Assembly (NCBI GenBank): GCA_963666315.2
Contig: CAXXHG010000047.1
Coordinates: forward strand, 32,001-96,000
Length of the DNA: 64,000 bases
Direction: 5' to 3'
Origin: Candidatus Binatia bacterium
GTDB taxonomy: Bacteria > Desulfobacterota > Binatia > Bin18
Below are positions 19,224-28,648 of this stretch, one piece after another. Each line of letters starts with the position of its first letter. Within the stretch, counting starts at the first letter, position 1. The notes beneath the pieces are model-generated. The model ran no database searches, had not been told where the DNA came from, and saw only the letters and a program-made list of their open reading frames with translations. A program made the position numbers and the translations under genes.

Positions 19224-19964
19224 TCAAGTCAAAGAAGAAGTTTGTGGCGTTGTTGCATGCAGGTAAAAAGAGAACAGGGTGTAATAGAGTGGATAGTATA
19301 AGGAGGCAGCGACGAGCCACGGACGGGGATGAGGGAACTGGGCTAAGAGCACGAGCAGGACAACGCCCCAGCCGGCTCCGAGGGTATTCGTCAGCAGGCG
19401 CAGCCGAACCGTGCGGGTTGGGTAAATATAACGAATAGGAATAAACACGAATACCGCAAGAACGCAGATCAGGCTCGCGTTGATCCAGACTGGTGTCCCT
19501 CCTGCGTAGAGATAGAAAGCCAAGATATTCCAATATGACGGAAAGCCGGTGAAAAAGAAGTCTGGCGTTTTCGCCTCGGCCTGACAAAAGCCAAAGGCGC
19601 TGGCAAAGAGTGGAGCGGCGACAAAAACAAGGGTGCCTGTAGCAGGGAGTAAATCGAACTCATGCAGAAAAACAACCGGGACAATGACATAGGTGAAATA
19701 ATCAACAATGTCATCGAGCTTTGCTCCGTCGACCCACGGGAGTACCCGTTTGACCTGAACCGCCCTAGCCAGGGTGCCATCCGTGGCATCAATCAGTACG
19801 GCCACGAACATCCAGACAAACGCCAGCCACGCATTGCCGACAAAGATGGCCTGGAGGGAAAGAAACCCGGCAATAAGACCGGATGCAGTGTAGGAGTGGA
19901 CCGCCCAAGCCGCTACACGCATCATCCAATGCTTGCAATGCGAGTGAGCTGTCTCATCCTTCAC
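19224..19964 (-). CDS. pcs: Phosphatidylcholine synthase / CDP-alcohol phosphatidyltransferase
   Basis: AWAVHSYTASG, DATDGTLAR, DGAKLDDIVDYFTYV, FTGFPSYWN. GTG start immediately after the VOC gene stop. Confidence 0.82.
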   Translation of the reverse strand: MKDETAHSHCKHWMMRVAAWAVHSYTASGLIAGFLSLQAIFVGNAWLAFVWMFVAVLIDATDGTLARAVQVKRVLPWVDGAKLDDIVDYFTYVIVPVVFLHEFDLLPATGTLVFVAAPLFASAFGFCQAEAKTPDFFFTGFPSYWNILAFYLYAGGTPVWINASLICVLAVFVFIPIRYIYPTRTVRLRLLTNTLGAGWGVVLLVLLAQFPHPRPWLVAASLYYPLYYTLFSFYLHATTPQTSSLT

Positions 19965-19965
19965 T

Positions 19966-20391
19966 TCAGGTGAGGCGCTGTGGGCTGAGGGTGGGCTCAT
20001 AGAGAATTTGGATGAGATTGCCATCCGGATCCGTACAATACAGGGAGCGGCTGCCATCACGATGCGTTCGCGGCGGTTGCACGACAGGCACACGGCGTGT
20101 CTCCAAGGTTGCAGCTGCCTGATCAACATCTTCCGGATGAGGGACAATAAAGCCGAGGTGATCGAGGCGTTGTCCGTGTTGAACGATTGCATCGGCAGCC
20201 CGATGCAGCGCCAGATTGTCACAGCCTGAGGACAGATAGGCATTGTCGGGATCCGGCTGCCAGACAATCTGCATGCCAAATAGGCTGGTGTAGAACTCAA
20301 CCGCAGCACCAACATCGGTCACATTCAAGGCCAGGTGGCGTAAGCCGGAATTCGGAATTGCTGCTTGCGCAAGCATGCTTGCTGTCCTCAA
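19966..20391 (-). CDS. VOC/glyoxalase family protein
   Basis: GLRHLALNV, LDHLGF, HRDGSRSLYCTDPDGNLIQ. Confidence 0.9.
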   Translation of the reverse strand: MRTASMLAQAAIPNSGLRHLALNVTDVGAAVEFYTSLFGMQIVWQPDPDNAYLSSGCDNLALHRAADAIVQHGQRLDHLGFIVPHPEDVDQAAATLETRRVPVVQPPRTHRDGSRSLYCTDPDGNLIQILYEPTLSPQRLT

Positions 20392-20442
20392 AAACTGTGC
20401 AGGCTATTCTGGCAAATTCGATCGGCGTTGGATAGAGCACAA

Positions 20443-21622
20443 CTAGGATTTTTTCAGAAGCAGGTAGAGCTCTCCGCTTTGGGCCATGAGGCCGGCTTCT
20501 GGCTGTGGACCACTGCCCCAATAGATATCCGCGCGTCTTGGCCCGGTAATGGCCGCTCCACGATCCTGGAGTGCTACGAACCGAGAGAATGATTGCCAAG
20601 AGACCTGCTCGTTGCCGTTGAGTTGTGGCTTTTTGGTCACAATGAAGCCGACGGCGCCAGGCGGATACCAGCCGGGATCCGTCGCGATGGAGCGACCCGG
20701 AGTGAGGCGGACGCCTAAACTCCCGAGGGGACCTTCAGAGACAACGCGAAAGAAAATATAGCGTGGATTATGGAAAAGGATCTGATCCCGTTCAGTTGGA
20801 TGCCTGCGCAAGTAGCGACGAATTGCTTGGGCAGAGGCCTCCCCGGGTCCAAGCTTGCCCTGCTTGACGAGACGCTTACCAATACTGCGATACGGCAAGC
20901 CGTTTGAGGCGGCATAGCCGATCCGAAACCAGGTGCCATCGGGCAGACGAATTTTTCCTGAGCCTTGGATATGGAGGAAAAAACGCTCAATCGGACTATC
21001 AAGCCAGACGAGCTCTTTATATTGATGGGCCAGAATCCCTTGCCCATCAATCTGGGCACGAGAAAAATAGGGCACGAGTTTCCCATTTGCGACGCGGCCA
21101 TACACTTTCTCCTCAAATGGGCGAGACGCAAATTGAGCAGCATCAACCTCGACCAGGTCCGTGGGACGACGGTACACGGCATAGCGGTAGCGTGCGGTCC
21201 GAATAAAACTGCCGCGCAGCTCAGGCTCATGATAGCCGGTGAAGAGAACCGACGCTGTGGCTCGATACAGATCGAAATCGCGCTGTAGCGTTGCAGTCCA
21301 ATCGCCGGGCTGATTGAGCAGGGCGAGGAATGCGGTGAGGCTGTCGCGCAGCCCTAGCTATACTAATGCGTTTCCGTCCAAATGCCACAGTCTGAGTCCC
21401 CGGCTTATGCTCAAGCGCCGCTATGCTTTGGCACAGAACGGCTTGCAGCGACTGCCGGTCAAGATCATCAACCAAAGGCGGAATCTGATGTGCCGGAACG
21501 CGTGTAAGAACGGGCTGGGCGTGACTAGACGGAACAAAAAAGAGAAGAGGGGAAAAGCAAACCAATACAAGCGACAGGGAAAGCGACCGGACAAGCATCC
21601 GGGCGAGCGTACGACGCATCAT
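20443..21622 (-). pseudogene. mltA: Membrane-bound lytic murein transglycosylase A, frameshifted
   Basis: Signal-peptide N-terminus in one frame. After an extra G at about 21352 the other frame gives LRDSL...LFTGYHEP...FFLHIQGSG...RSIATDP...QDRGAAITGPRRADIYWG. Confidence 0.88.
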
Positions 21623-21711
21623 GCTCAGCTGCCCCACATTTCCCACTCTCCACCTCTGCGATATAGGCAAAAGGATACTTTATGTCTGACCGTATTGCTC
21701 ACGGCGTGTTG

Positions 21712-22890
21712 TCAGGCCACGTACACTTCTTGGGCAGCACGTAGGCCTGCCCCGGTAGGACATCTATGTCCCTGTTTTTGCAGCACGGCCTCAAGCGCAC
21801 TCAAGACCAGGAGGACATTCCTCCGGGTGCTGGACTCGCCCATCAGGCCGATACGCCACACTTTTCCTTTGAACGCGCCTAACCCGGCCCCAATCTCAAT
21901 ATTATACACTGCCAAGAGTTGCTGTCGGACCGCGCCGTCGTCTATCCCGTCAGGAATCGTGACGCTATTAAGCATCCACAAGCGACGGCCTTCTTGAGCG
22001 GCAAGCTGCATGCCCAGCGCGTCCAACCCGGCAGTTAATGCGAGATGATTACGCTCGTGGCGACGAAAGCGTGCTTCCAGTCCTTCTTCTTGGACAAGGC
22101 GCAAGGCTTCTACTAGCGCATAATTCATGGAGATGGGAGCAGCGTGATGATAGACGCGCTCTTCGCCCCAATATTTTTCTAGCAGGGTCAGATCCAGATA
22201 CCAGCTCTGGACTTTCTGTGTCCGGCTGCGGAGAACGTCTTGCGCGGCGGGGCTAAACGTGATCGGCGACAGTCCCGGTGGACAGCTCAGGCATTTCTGG
22301 GTGCCGCTATAACACGCGTCAATTTTCCAATCGTCTACTTTGAGGGGGCAGCCGCCAAGCGACGTGACCGCATCAACCAGTAACAGCGCCCCGGCTTGAT
22401 GCACAAGCGCAGAAATCTCTGCTAACGGCTGCCACGCCCCTGTTGAGGTCTCGGCATGGACCACGGCAACCAGTTTTGGGTGCGGGCATTGTGTGAGCGC
22501 ACTGCGCACATCGTCTGGAGTGAAGACCCGGCCCCACGGGGCTTCCATAATGACCGGTTTCCCACCACACCGTTCCACCACATCAACCATACGCGTGCCA
22601 AACACACCGTTGACACCAATAATGACTTCATCTCCCGGCTCGACGAGATTGACAAAGCAGGTTTCCATCCCTGCGCTGCCCGTCCCGGATATTGGGAGGG
22701 TAAGGGGATTGGTGGTTTGAAACACAGACCGGAGCAAGGTCTTGGTCTCTTCCATGAGCCGAATAAACTCCGGGTCGAGATGGCCAACTAAAGGTGTGGA
22801 CAGGGCGCGCAGCACCCGAGGATGGATATTGCTCGGGCCGGGGCCAAGCAGGACGCGGGCCGGCAGGGACGGCTCAGTACAGTTTTCCAT
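21712..22890 (-). CDS. Alanine/serine-glyoxylate aminotransferase (class V PLP enzyme)
   Basis: LLGPGPS, SGTGSAGME, VHAETSTG, VDAVTSLGG, YSGTQKCLSCPPG, WRIGLMG. Confidence 0.95.
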   Translation of the reverse strand: MENCTEPSLPARVLLGPGPSNIHPRVLRALSTPLVGHLDPEFIRLMEETKTLLRSVFQTTNPLTLPISGTGSAGMETCFVNLVEPGDEVIIGVNGVFGTRMVDVVERCGGKPVIMEAPWGRVFTPDDVRSALTQCPHPKLVAVVHAETSTGAWQPLAEISALVHQAGALLLVDAVTSLGGCPLKVDDWKIDACYSGTQKCLSCPPGLSPITFSPAAQDVLRSRTQKVQSWYLDLTLLEKYWGEERVYHHAAPISMNYALVEALRLVQEEGLEARFRRHERNHLALTAGLDALGMQLAAQEGRRLWMLNSVTIPDGIDDGAVRQQLLAVYNIEIGAGLGAFKGKVWRIGLMGESSTRRNVLLVLSALEAVLQKQGHRCPTGAGLRAAQEVYVA

Positions 22891-23162
22891 ACCACTCCTC
22901 CTCTTTCGCTGTTCCGCACCGGCTACCAAAAAGGAGCCGCCGGCTGCAGAGAAATATACATCACGTTACCATGCCCGGTTAGACTGGAAAAGTGATACTG
23001 GAAAAGTCAGGCTGAGCGGTAACGGAGAACCCTAATCTCTGTGTTTTTGTATGGTGGAAAAAGTTTTGCCGCCAGGCAGACAGCGGCGGAGTTTTTTGTT
23101 ACAACGCTGACACACACGATTGCCTTTGAAGGGCCGCACGTATGGGAGGGGAGAGGGGCGCA

Positions 23163-24076
23163 ATGACCGTGACGATCCGCCGCATGCAAGAGGGCGATAT
23201 CCCACGGGTTGGAGCAATCATGGTGAACGCCTTCTTGGAGCAATCATGGTGAACGCCTTCAATGATGTCTTCCGCCGGCATGGCTATCCCGAACCATTTC
23301 CCTCGCCTGAAGTCGGAACCTCGCTTGCCTGTGGTTATCTGAGTTTGGAGCCTGAGCAGTGTTTCACCGCTAGTCTTAATGGACAGGTTGTGGGGTCAGG
23401 CTTCCTCCATCTCCGCAGGGACTCGGGCGGTATTGGTCCCATTACGGTTGATCCCACATGTCAAACGAAAGGTATTGGCCGAGCAATCATGCAGGCCGTG
23501 ATTGATGCCGGGAGCCAGTGCCGGTCGCTCCGACTCGTGCAAGACGCGTTTAATGTGGTGTCCTTCCCGCTGTACACGAAACTTGGTTTTGTAGTGCGTG
23601 GGACTGCGGCTTCCCTGGTTGGGCATGACATCCATGCCGCACGAGCAGCGAGTGTCGAGATCCGAGAGTGGAAGGCGCAGGATATCGGCACGCTGGCTGC
23701 GCTCGATACGACACTGACCGGCATCGAGCGTGTACAAGATTTCCGTTATTTCCTCGACCAGCCGCTTCAGCTGATTGGCTTCGTCGCAGGGAAACCGGCA
23801 GGCTATCTCTGTTTCCTTCGAACCGGGGCTGGGACGTTTCTCGGACCTGCGGCTGCGACGGAGCAATCGGTCTTACGAGAACTGATTCTCAGAGCCGCCG
23901 AGCTTGAGCAAGGCAAGGCTCTGCGGATGCGTTTCCCTACGCGCCATGCGGAACTTTTGCAAGAGTTGCTAGCCCTGGGTTTTCAAGTCGAGAGCCTGCA
24001 AACGTATATGGTCCGGGGGCCATGGGAGGTACCGCCCGGGGTCGATCTCTTGGCGCTCTTCCCTGAGGCGCTGTAG
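23163..24076 (+). pseudogene. Two-domain GNAT N-acetyltransferase interrupted by a 26-bp tandem duplication
   Basis: MTVTIRRMQEGDIPRVGAIMVNAF is followed by a duplicated ttggagcaatcatggtgaacgccttc (23209-23260). The downstream frame has VDPTCQTKGIGR and LYTKLGF. Confidence 0.82.
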
Positions 24077-24095
24077 CGGGAAAGGAGAAGGGAGT

Positions 24096-25148
24096 ATGCC
24101 CACGCTGAACGGAACCGACCTCGGACTCCTGCCCACGATGGGCGTCGGCTCCTACGCTTCCCCGTCTTGGCTGATTGCGATGCGAAGGGCACTCCGAGCC
24201 GGGGAGGCCGGACCGGCTGATATGGAAGAAACCATTCAGGACGCGGTGAAAATGGCCGTATGGGATCAAGAAGAAGCCGGCCTGGATGTGCTGACTGACG
24301 GTGAAATCCGGCGCCAGCGTTTTCTGTGGAATGTCGTTGAAAAACTCTCGGGTCTCAATATGGTCCGCGCTCCGCGCAAGCTTGGAGTCGTCAGCTATGA
24401 TAGTGCGCCGCGCTTCGAAACAACACAGCGCGTGGGCGCACCGGATGGATTCGGGCTGGCTGACGAGTTTTCGTATGTCCGAACGTTGACGGATAAGCCG
24501 CTCAAAGTGTGTTGCCCCGGTCCGCTTACGATTGCCCTGCCCATTACGCTGAAAGACGGTTACCCGCAGGGTGACTATATGCCCTTGCTATACGATTTAG
24601 CGGAGTTGGTAAATACAGAATTGCGGGCTGTTGTGGCAGCGGGCGCAACCTTAATTCAGCTGGACGAACCGTCGGCTGCGGGCCGGGAGCCAACCGTGTC
24701 GGTGGAAGAAACGGTGAGGCTCTTTAACAAGACTGTCGAAGGCATTGAGGCCAAAATTGCGCTCCATATTTGTTTTGGGAATAATCAGTGTCGGCCCGCG
24801 ATGAAGCGGACGTATGCCCCCCTGTTCCCAGGCATTCTGGAGGTCAAGGCGGATCAATTTGTCCTGGAATTTGCCAATCGTGAAATGGCAGAGCTTGCGC
24901 TGTGGAACCAATACGGCGATGGGCGTGAGTTGGCGGCTGGGGTGATCGATGTGAAGTCCATGTACCTGGAGACGGCGGAGGATGTAGCCGAGCGCATTCG
25001 TCTTGTTCTTGAACATGTCAATCCGGAAAAACTCTATCTGACCTGTGACTGCGGATTCTCTGCGTCGTCCCGGAATTTATCCCGGGCCAAGCTGGGCGCA
25101 CTTGTGCAAGGCGCCCGGATTGTCCGACGCGAGTTGCAAGAGTTGTGA
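24096..25148 (+). CDS. Cobalamin-independent methionine synthase II family (MetE C-terminal domain only)
   Basis: VGSY, LTDGEIRR, PGPLT, IQLDEP, zinc ligands HICFGN and CDCG. Confidence 0.9.
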   Translation: MPTLNGTDLGLLPTMGVGSYASPSWLIAMRRALRAGEAGPADMEETIQDAVKMAVWDQEEAGLDVLTDGEIRRQRFLWNVVEKLSGLNMVRAPRKLGVVSYDSAPRFETTQRVGAPDGFGLADEFSYVRTLTDKPLKVCCPGPLTIALPITLKDGYPQGDYMPLLYDLAELVNTELRAVVAAGATLIQLDEPSAAGREPTVSVEETVRLFNKTVEGIEAKIALHICFGNNQCRPAMKRTYAPLFPGILEVKADQFVLEFANREMAELALWNQYGDGRELAAGVIDVKSMYLETAEDVAERIRLVLEHVNPEKLYLTCDCGFSASSRNLSRAKLGALVQGARIVRRELQEL

Positions 25149-25657
25149 GAGTTGATATGGAGCGTAAATCGTCTCAACGGTTTGTCCCCTCCCTACCTGC
25201 TCCCCCAGCCTGGGATGAGGAATGGCCGGACGATGAGCCTGGGCAAGAGGTGCGAGAGGACGCCCCCGTGCCTACCCCTCAGGTGACGCTGGGCACGTGC
25301 GAGATCTGGTGCATCAGTCCGGAAGGCTACGAGTGCCGCCTAGAGATGCCGGTCGATGGGGCGGGTGGCATGGCCGCCGTCTTGGTAGAGTTAGAGGCCA
25401 TGGGTTTTACTCCACGCCAGCCAAAAGCCAAGTCTGCACCACAACCGCGGCAACAGCCACGGCCACAACAGCAGCCACGGCCACAACAGCAGCACATTCC
25501 AGCCCCTCCTCCAACTGAACCCAGCCCGCTGTGGTGCGATGATCACGGCTGCGAGTTCAGGCTCTTTCGCAAAAACGGACGGAGCTGGTGGGCCCACTAC
25601 GACGAAGCCGGCAGCCGTTGGTGTAACTCTCCGCTTCCTGTGCGGGGAGGGTCTTAG
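25145..25657 (+). CDS. Hypothetical protein with a Q/P-rich linker and C-terminal CxxH...H...C putative zinc finger (phage/ICE-like)
   Basis: SPEGYECRL, QPRQQPRPQQQPRPQQQ, WCDDHGC...KNGRSWWAH...RWC. Confidence 0.6.
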   Translation: MRVDMERKSSQRFVPSLPAPPAWDEEWPDDEPGQEVREDAPVPTPQVTLGTCEIWCISPEGYECRLEMPVDGAGGMAAVLVELEAMGFTPRQPKAKSAPQPRQQPRPQQQPRPQQQHIPAPPPTEPSPLWCDDHGCEFRLFRKNGRSWWAHYDEAGSRWCNSPLPVRGGS

Positions 25658-26668
25658 GACTTGCTACTCCTCCTCAAGCAGTCAACTGAGTGGTTGCAGT
25701 CTCTCTGGTAGGCTTATCGACAACTATTGCCAGGGAATTGGACCAGTTGGCGCGAAAAGGCAAGCGAGACTCCCCCCCTTAGGTCATGTAGTATCACGTT
25801 ATATGAGGGTCGTTGCGCCGGCTTTCGCCCCTGCTGCGTCCTGCCGCGACCTCTCCGGCGCCCTGTCCCAAAAGCCCTGCTGTAACTTGATTGGGAAGCA
25901 ACAAGCGGCTCTAAACTGAGGTGAAAAAGAGCACCCTGGAACTCCAGAAAGAGCGCGAGTCAAACAACCATCAGCTCAAAGAGCTCTAGAAGAGAAGAGT
26001 TTGACAATGTCTTGAATTTCTCCTTTCTCTTGCCCGTCTGAATATATGGAAGGTGCCTGCTTCCTTCCCCCTCTGTGGAGGGGTTTTCATCTCACCCCTC
26101 CGCCCAGGTGCAAACCGGCGGGCAGGGTGGATCTCCTTTCCTCTGCCCGCCGGAAAATCATTAACTATTATGGGAAAGAAAGACATCGAAAGGTTGACCA
26201 ATAGAAGCCAGCGCATTGGATTTGCAGGCACGACCTAGAAGAGAAGAGCGAGCCTACTCCACCCGCTCGTCCACAACCAGTAACCGCATCACTTTCGCGC
26301 AGTCTCGCGCGGCCTGATACGCCTCTTCCTTCGCTGCCGTATCTGTGGCCGGGTTGGAGGATGGCATAGGAGCAGGTCGCTCCTCCACCTCTTGCACCTC
26401 TTGCGTCCCGACAAGAATTCGGGAAAGACAACAGTATGGCAAGCCAAGAGAGGATACTCAAAAGGTGGGTGGGCTATCCGGAGCGCTGGCAACAGTTGTG
26501 GGAAACCTGTCAGCACGGCGGAGGGCGGTATAAGCGCGGCCTATTTGTCTTGGACGGGAAGGGCAACAAACAATCGCGACCCAAGACTCAGCAGCAGGGA
26601 ACTATCGAGCTGCTGAAAAGCGCACCCACAGGCTCTTTGTCGTAACGGGCCATTGTTTGCCGTCAACG

Positions 26669-27484
26669 TTATAAACGTTCTGCCAATTTTAGCAGCGCTC
26701 TGGCCGCAGCTTTGCGCAGGCTGGGGTCAGCGCCGCCAGAAGCTGCTTGCAGCGCTTCGAGGACTGCCGGATCCGAATCTCCGATCTGACCCAGTGTGAC
26801 TGCAGTCGAACGCCGAACGCCCATATCTGGATCATTTAATAAGAGTCGGAGGATGGTCTCACGGACCGTTATACTCGTGAGTTGGAGCTTGCCGAGGCAA
26901 GACAGTCCTCCCAATCGGACCATAGCATCTGCGTCGTTCAGGCTGGCGAGATAGGCTGCCTGCGCCTCGTGACCGGTCTGTCCAAGATCGCGCAGACAGT
27001 ACAGGGCCATACGACGTTGGACGGCATTGTCAGCGTAGACGAGATGAACCAGTGCCGAGACAACCGCCTGACGATGCTGGTCTGCTAAGTGCAAGAGCGC
27101 AGTTGCGGCGGCCCAGCGCAGGTCACTTTCCTGGTGGCCGAGATTTTCAATCAGGATGGGCAGCGGAGCAGGACTGGAGAGTTCAAGCTGTGACAGGGTA
27201 AATGCGGCTGTCCAGCGGACACGGGAATCCGGATCAGACAATGTGTGTGTCAGGACTGTAAAGATTTCAGGCTGGTGTGGGGCGAAACGGATCAGTTGGG
27301 CCGCCGCAGCACGTTGCACGTTTTTTTGATTGTGACCCAGACACTGCAGAAGACTACGACAGATATCTGGTGCAAGCGGAGTCTGAGGAGTCTTATGGTC
27401 GTGTTCTCCGAGCGCGCTGAGCGCTGAGAGACGTATGTGGATATCGTTTGAAAGCAGGTCTGTGGCGATTTGAGACAGGTTCAT
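26669..27484 (-). CDS. HEAT-repeat protein
   Basis: Repeated units such as LSDPDSRVRWTAAFTL, LNDADAMVRLGGL, NDPDMGVRRSTAVTLGQI, DPSLRKAAARAL. Confidence 0.88.
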   Translation of the reverse strand: MNLSQIATDLLSNDIHIRLSALSALGEHDHKTPQTPLAPDICRSLLQCLGHNQKNVQRAAAAQLIRFAPHQPEIFTVLTHTLSDPDSRVRWTAAFTLSQLELSSPAPLPILIENLGHQESDLRWAAATALLHLADQHRQAVVSALVHLVYADNAVQRRMALYCLRDLGQTGHEAQAAYLASLNDADAMVRLGGLSCLGKLQLTSITVRETILRLLLNDPDMGVRRSTAVTLGQIGDSDPAVLEALQAASGGADPSLRKAAARALLKLAERL

Positions 27485-28602
27485 TGATCCGCTAGGCCCT
27501 TCAAAATAACATCCGGCAGTGTCTCCAGCTTCCCGACTCCAAGCAGATAATGCTCCGGCTGAAGAAACGTACGATCAATAACTTTCCAAAGAGATTCTTT
27601 CTCAAGCCGACACTTTTGAAGATTGTATTCCAGTGCGCTAATACCTGCCGGGTTGGCAATACAGTCGCCTGAGAACTGGACTTCGCCGATTACGTTTTCT
27701 GGAGTGACTGAGAAACGGATTTGCAATTGTCCGAGGGGAGTTGCCGTTGTCGCAACACAAGAGAGATCAGATCGGACTGAGCGTTCTTCCAGCCAGCGGG
27801 CCGCCGATTTTTTCTGAGTAAGAGATTCTATGGCTCGCTGCTCAGCTGCGCTGAGGTCCTGATCGTTCAGCTCCAAACTAAACTGGCCGAACTGCTGAGC
27901 AAAACCGCTACGGAGTAAATCTATTACTTGCGGTATGGAAGCGGCCTTGCCTCCTGTGTTTTCCAAATTGGCTATTTGGTCTGGCATAAAGAGCTGACAT
28001 GGCAGCGTCCCGTGCGGATCGACCCGATCGAGCAAGTGGGGCAGCAGGCTCATATCCCGTTGGACAAACAGCCCGCCTTCGAATAACAATGCACCGTTAT
28101 CCTCGGTCACAAACGAAATCCAGCCAACGGGTAGCCGACGGATAGTGAGAAAATCACGACCGGGATAAAAGACCTCGACGCCGTTTGTTTTGAGGCCGTG
28201 TAAGACTCCGCGTACGTAGCGATTGAGAATCTGAAACGGGGCGAGGTGATACGGATCGTCAGAGAATAAAGCTGAACGATGGGGGAGGATCAGAGAGAAT
28301 TGGACGAATCCGTGACCGCTGGGAAAAACGCGCCCGCCAGTCAGACGGCGAGTCGTGCTGATCGTTGTGTTTTCGGCGAAGGCGTCGATTGCGTGATAGC
28401 GGCCAAGCAGAACGACATCGCCTGGATACGTATACAGGCGTAAGATCGGCGTCCGCGTGCTGCCTATCGTTTGGAGAAAATACTGATCGATCGCCACACT
28501 CTGGGCCGGAGAAAGATCGAATTGTGTCAAAAAACGGGTCTGCATCAGCACGCAGCATAAGCGAGGGAAAGGAAGCCAGCAAGAGTTCGCTGCAAGGGAC
28601 AA
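27481..28602 (-). CDS. Lipoate-protein ligase A-like protein (divergent), with C-terminal LplA-type domain
   Basis: LRLY, VLLGRYH, RRLTGG, and C-terminal IGEVQFSGD. The canonical K of the KxxG motif is not evident. Confidence 0.75.
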   Translation of the reverse strand: MSLAANSCWLPFPRLCCVLMQTRFLTQFDLSPAQSVAIDQYFLQTIGSTRTPILRLYTYPGDVVLLGRYHAIDAFAENTTISTTRRLTGGRVFPSGHGFVQFSLILPHRSALFSDDPYHLAPFQILNRYVRGVLHGLKTNGVEVFYPGRDFLTIRRLPVGWISFVTEDNGALLFEGGLFVQRDMSLLPHLLDRVDPHGTLPCQLFMPDQIANLENTGGKAASIPQVIDLLRSGFAQQFGQFSLELNDQDLSAAEQRAIESLTQKKSAARWLEERSVRSDLSCVATTATPLGQLQIRFSVTPENVIGEVQFSGDCIANPAGISALEYNLQKCRLEKESLWKVIDRTFLQPEHYLLGVGKLETLPDVILKGLADQ

Positions 28603-28648
28603 AGGGTTCCATTGCTTTACCCCTCATCGTTCGGGTAAGATTCGTGAC

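Noticed and set aside
19965-20315. Long N-terminal extension of the Pcs ORF
   Set aside because: Overlaps the VOC gene in another frame; the real start is most likely 19964 or slightly downstream
25714-25920. Minus-strand 'ILHDLR' resembling a tyrosine-recombinase HxxR motif
   Set aside because: The surrounding residues lack the integrase box II (LGH...Y), so a chance match is likely
26254-26645. Short ORFs on both strands (possible IscB/HNH remnant)
   Set aside because: No recognisable RuvC, HNH or RRXRR motif; cannot be supported
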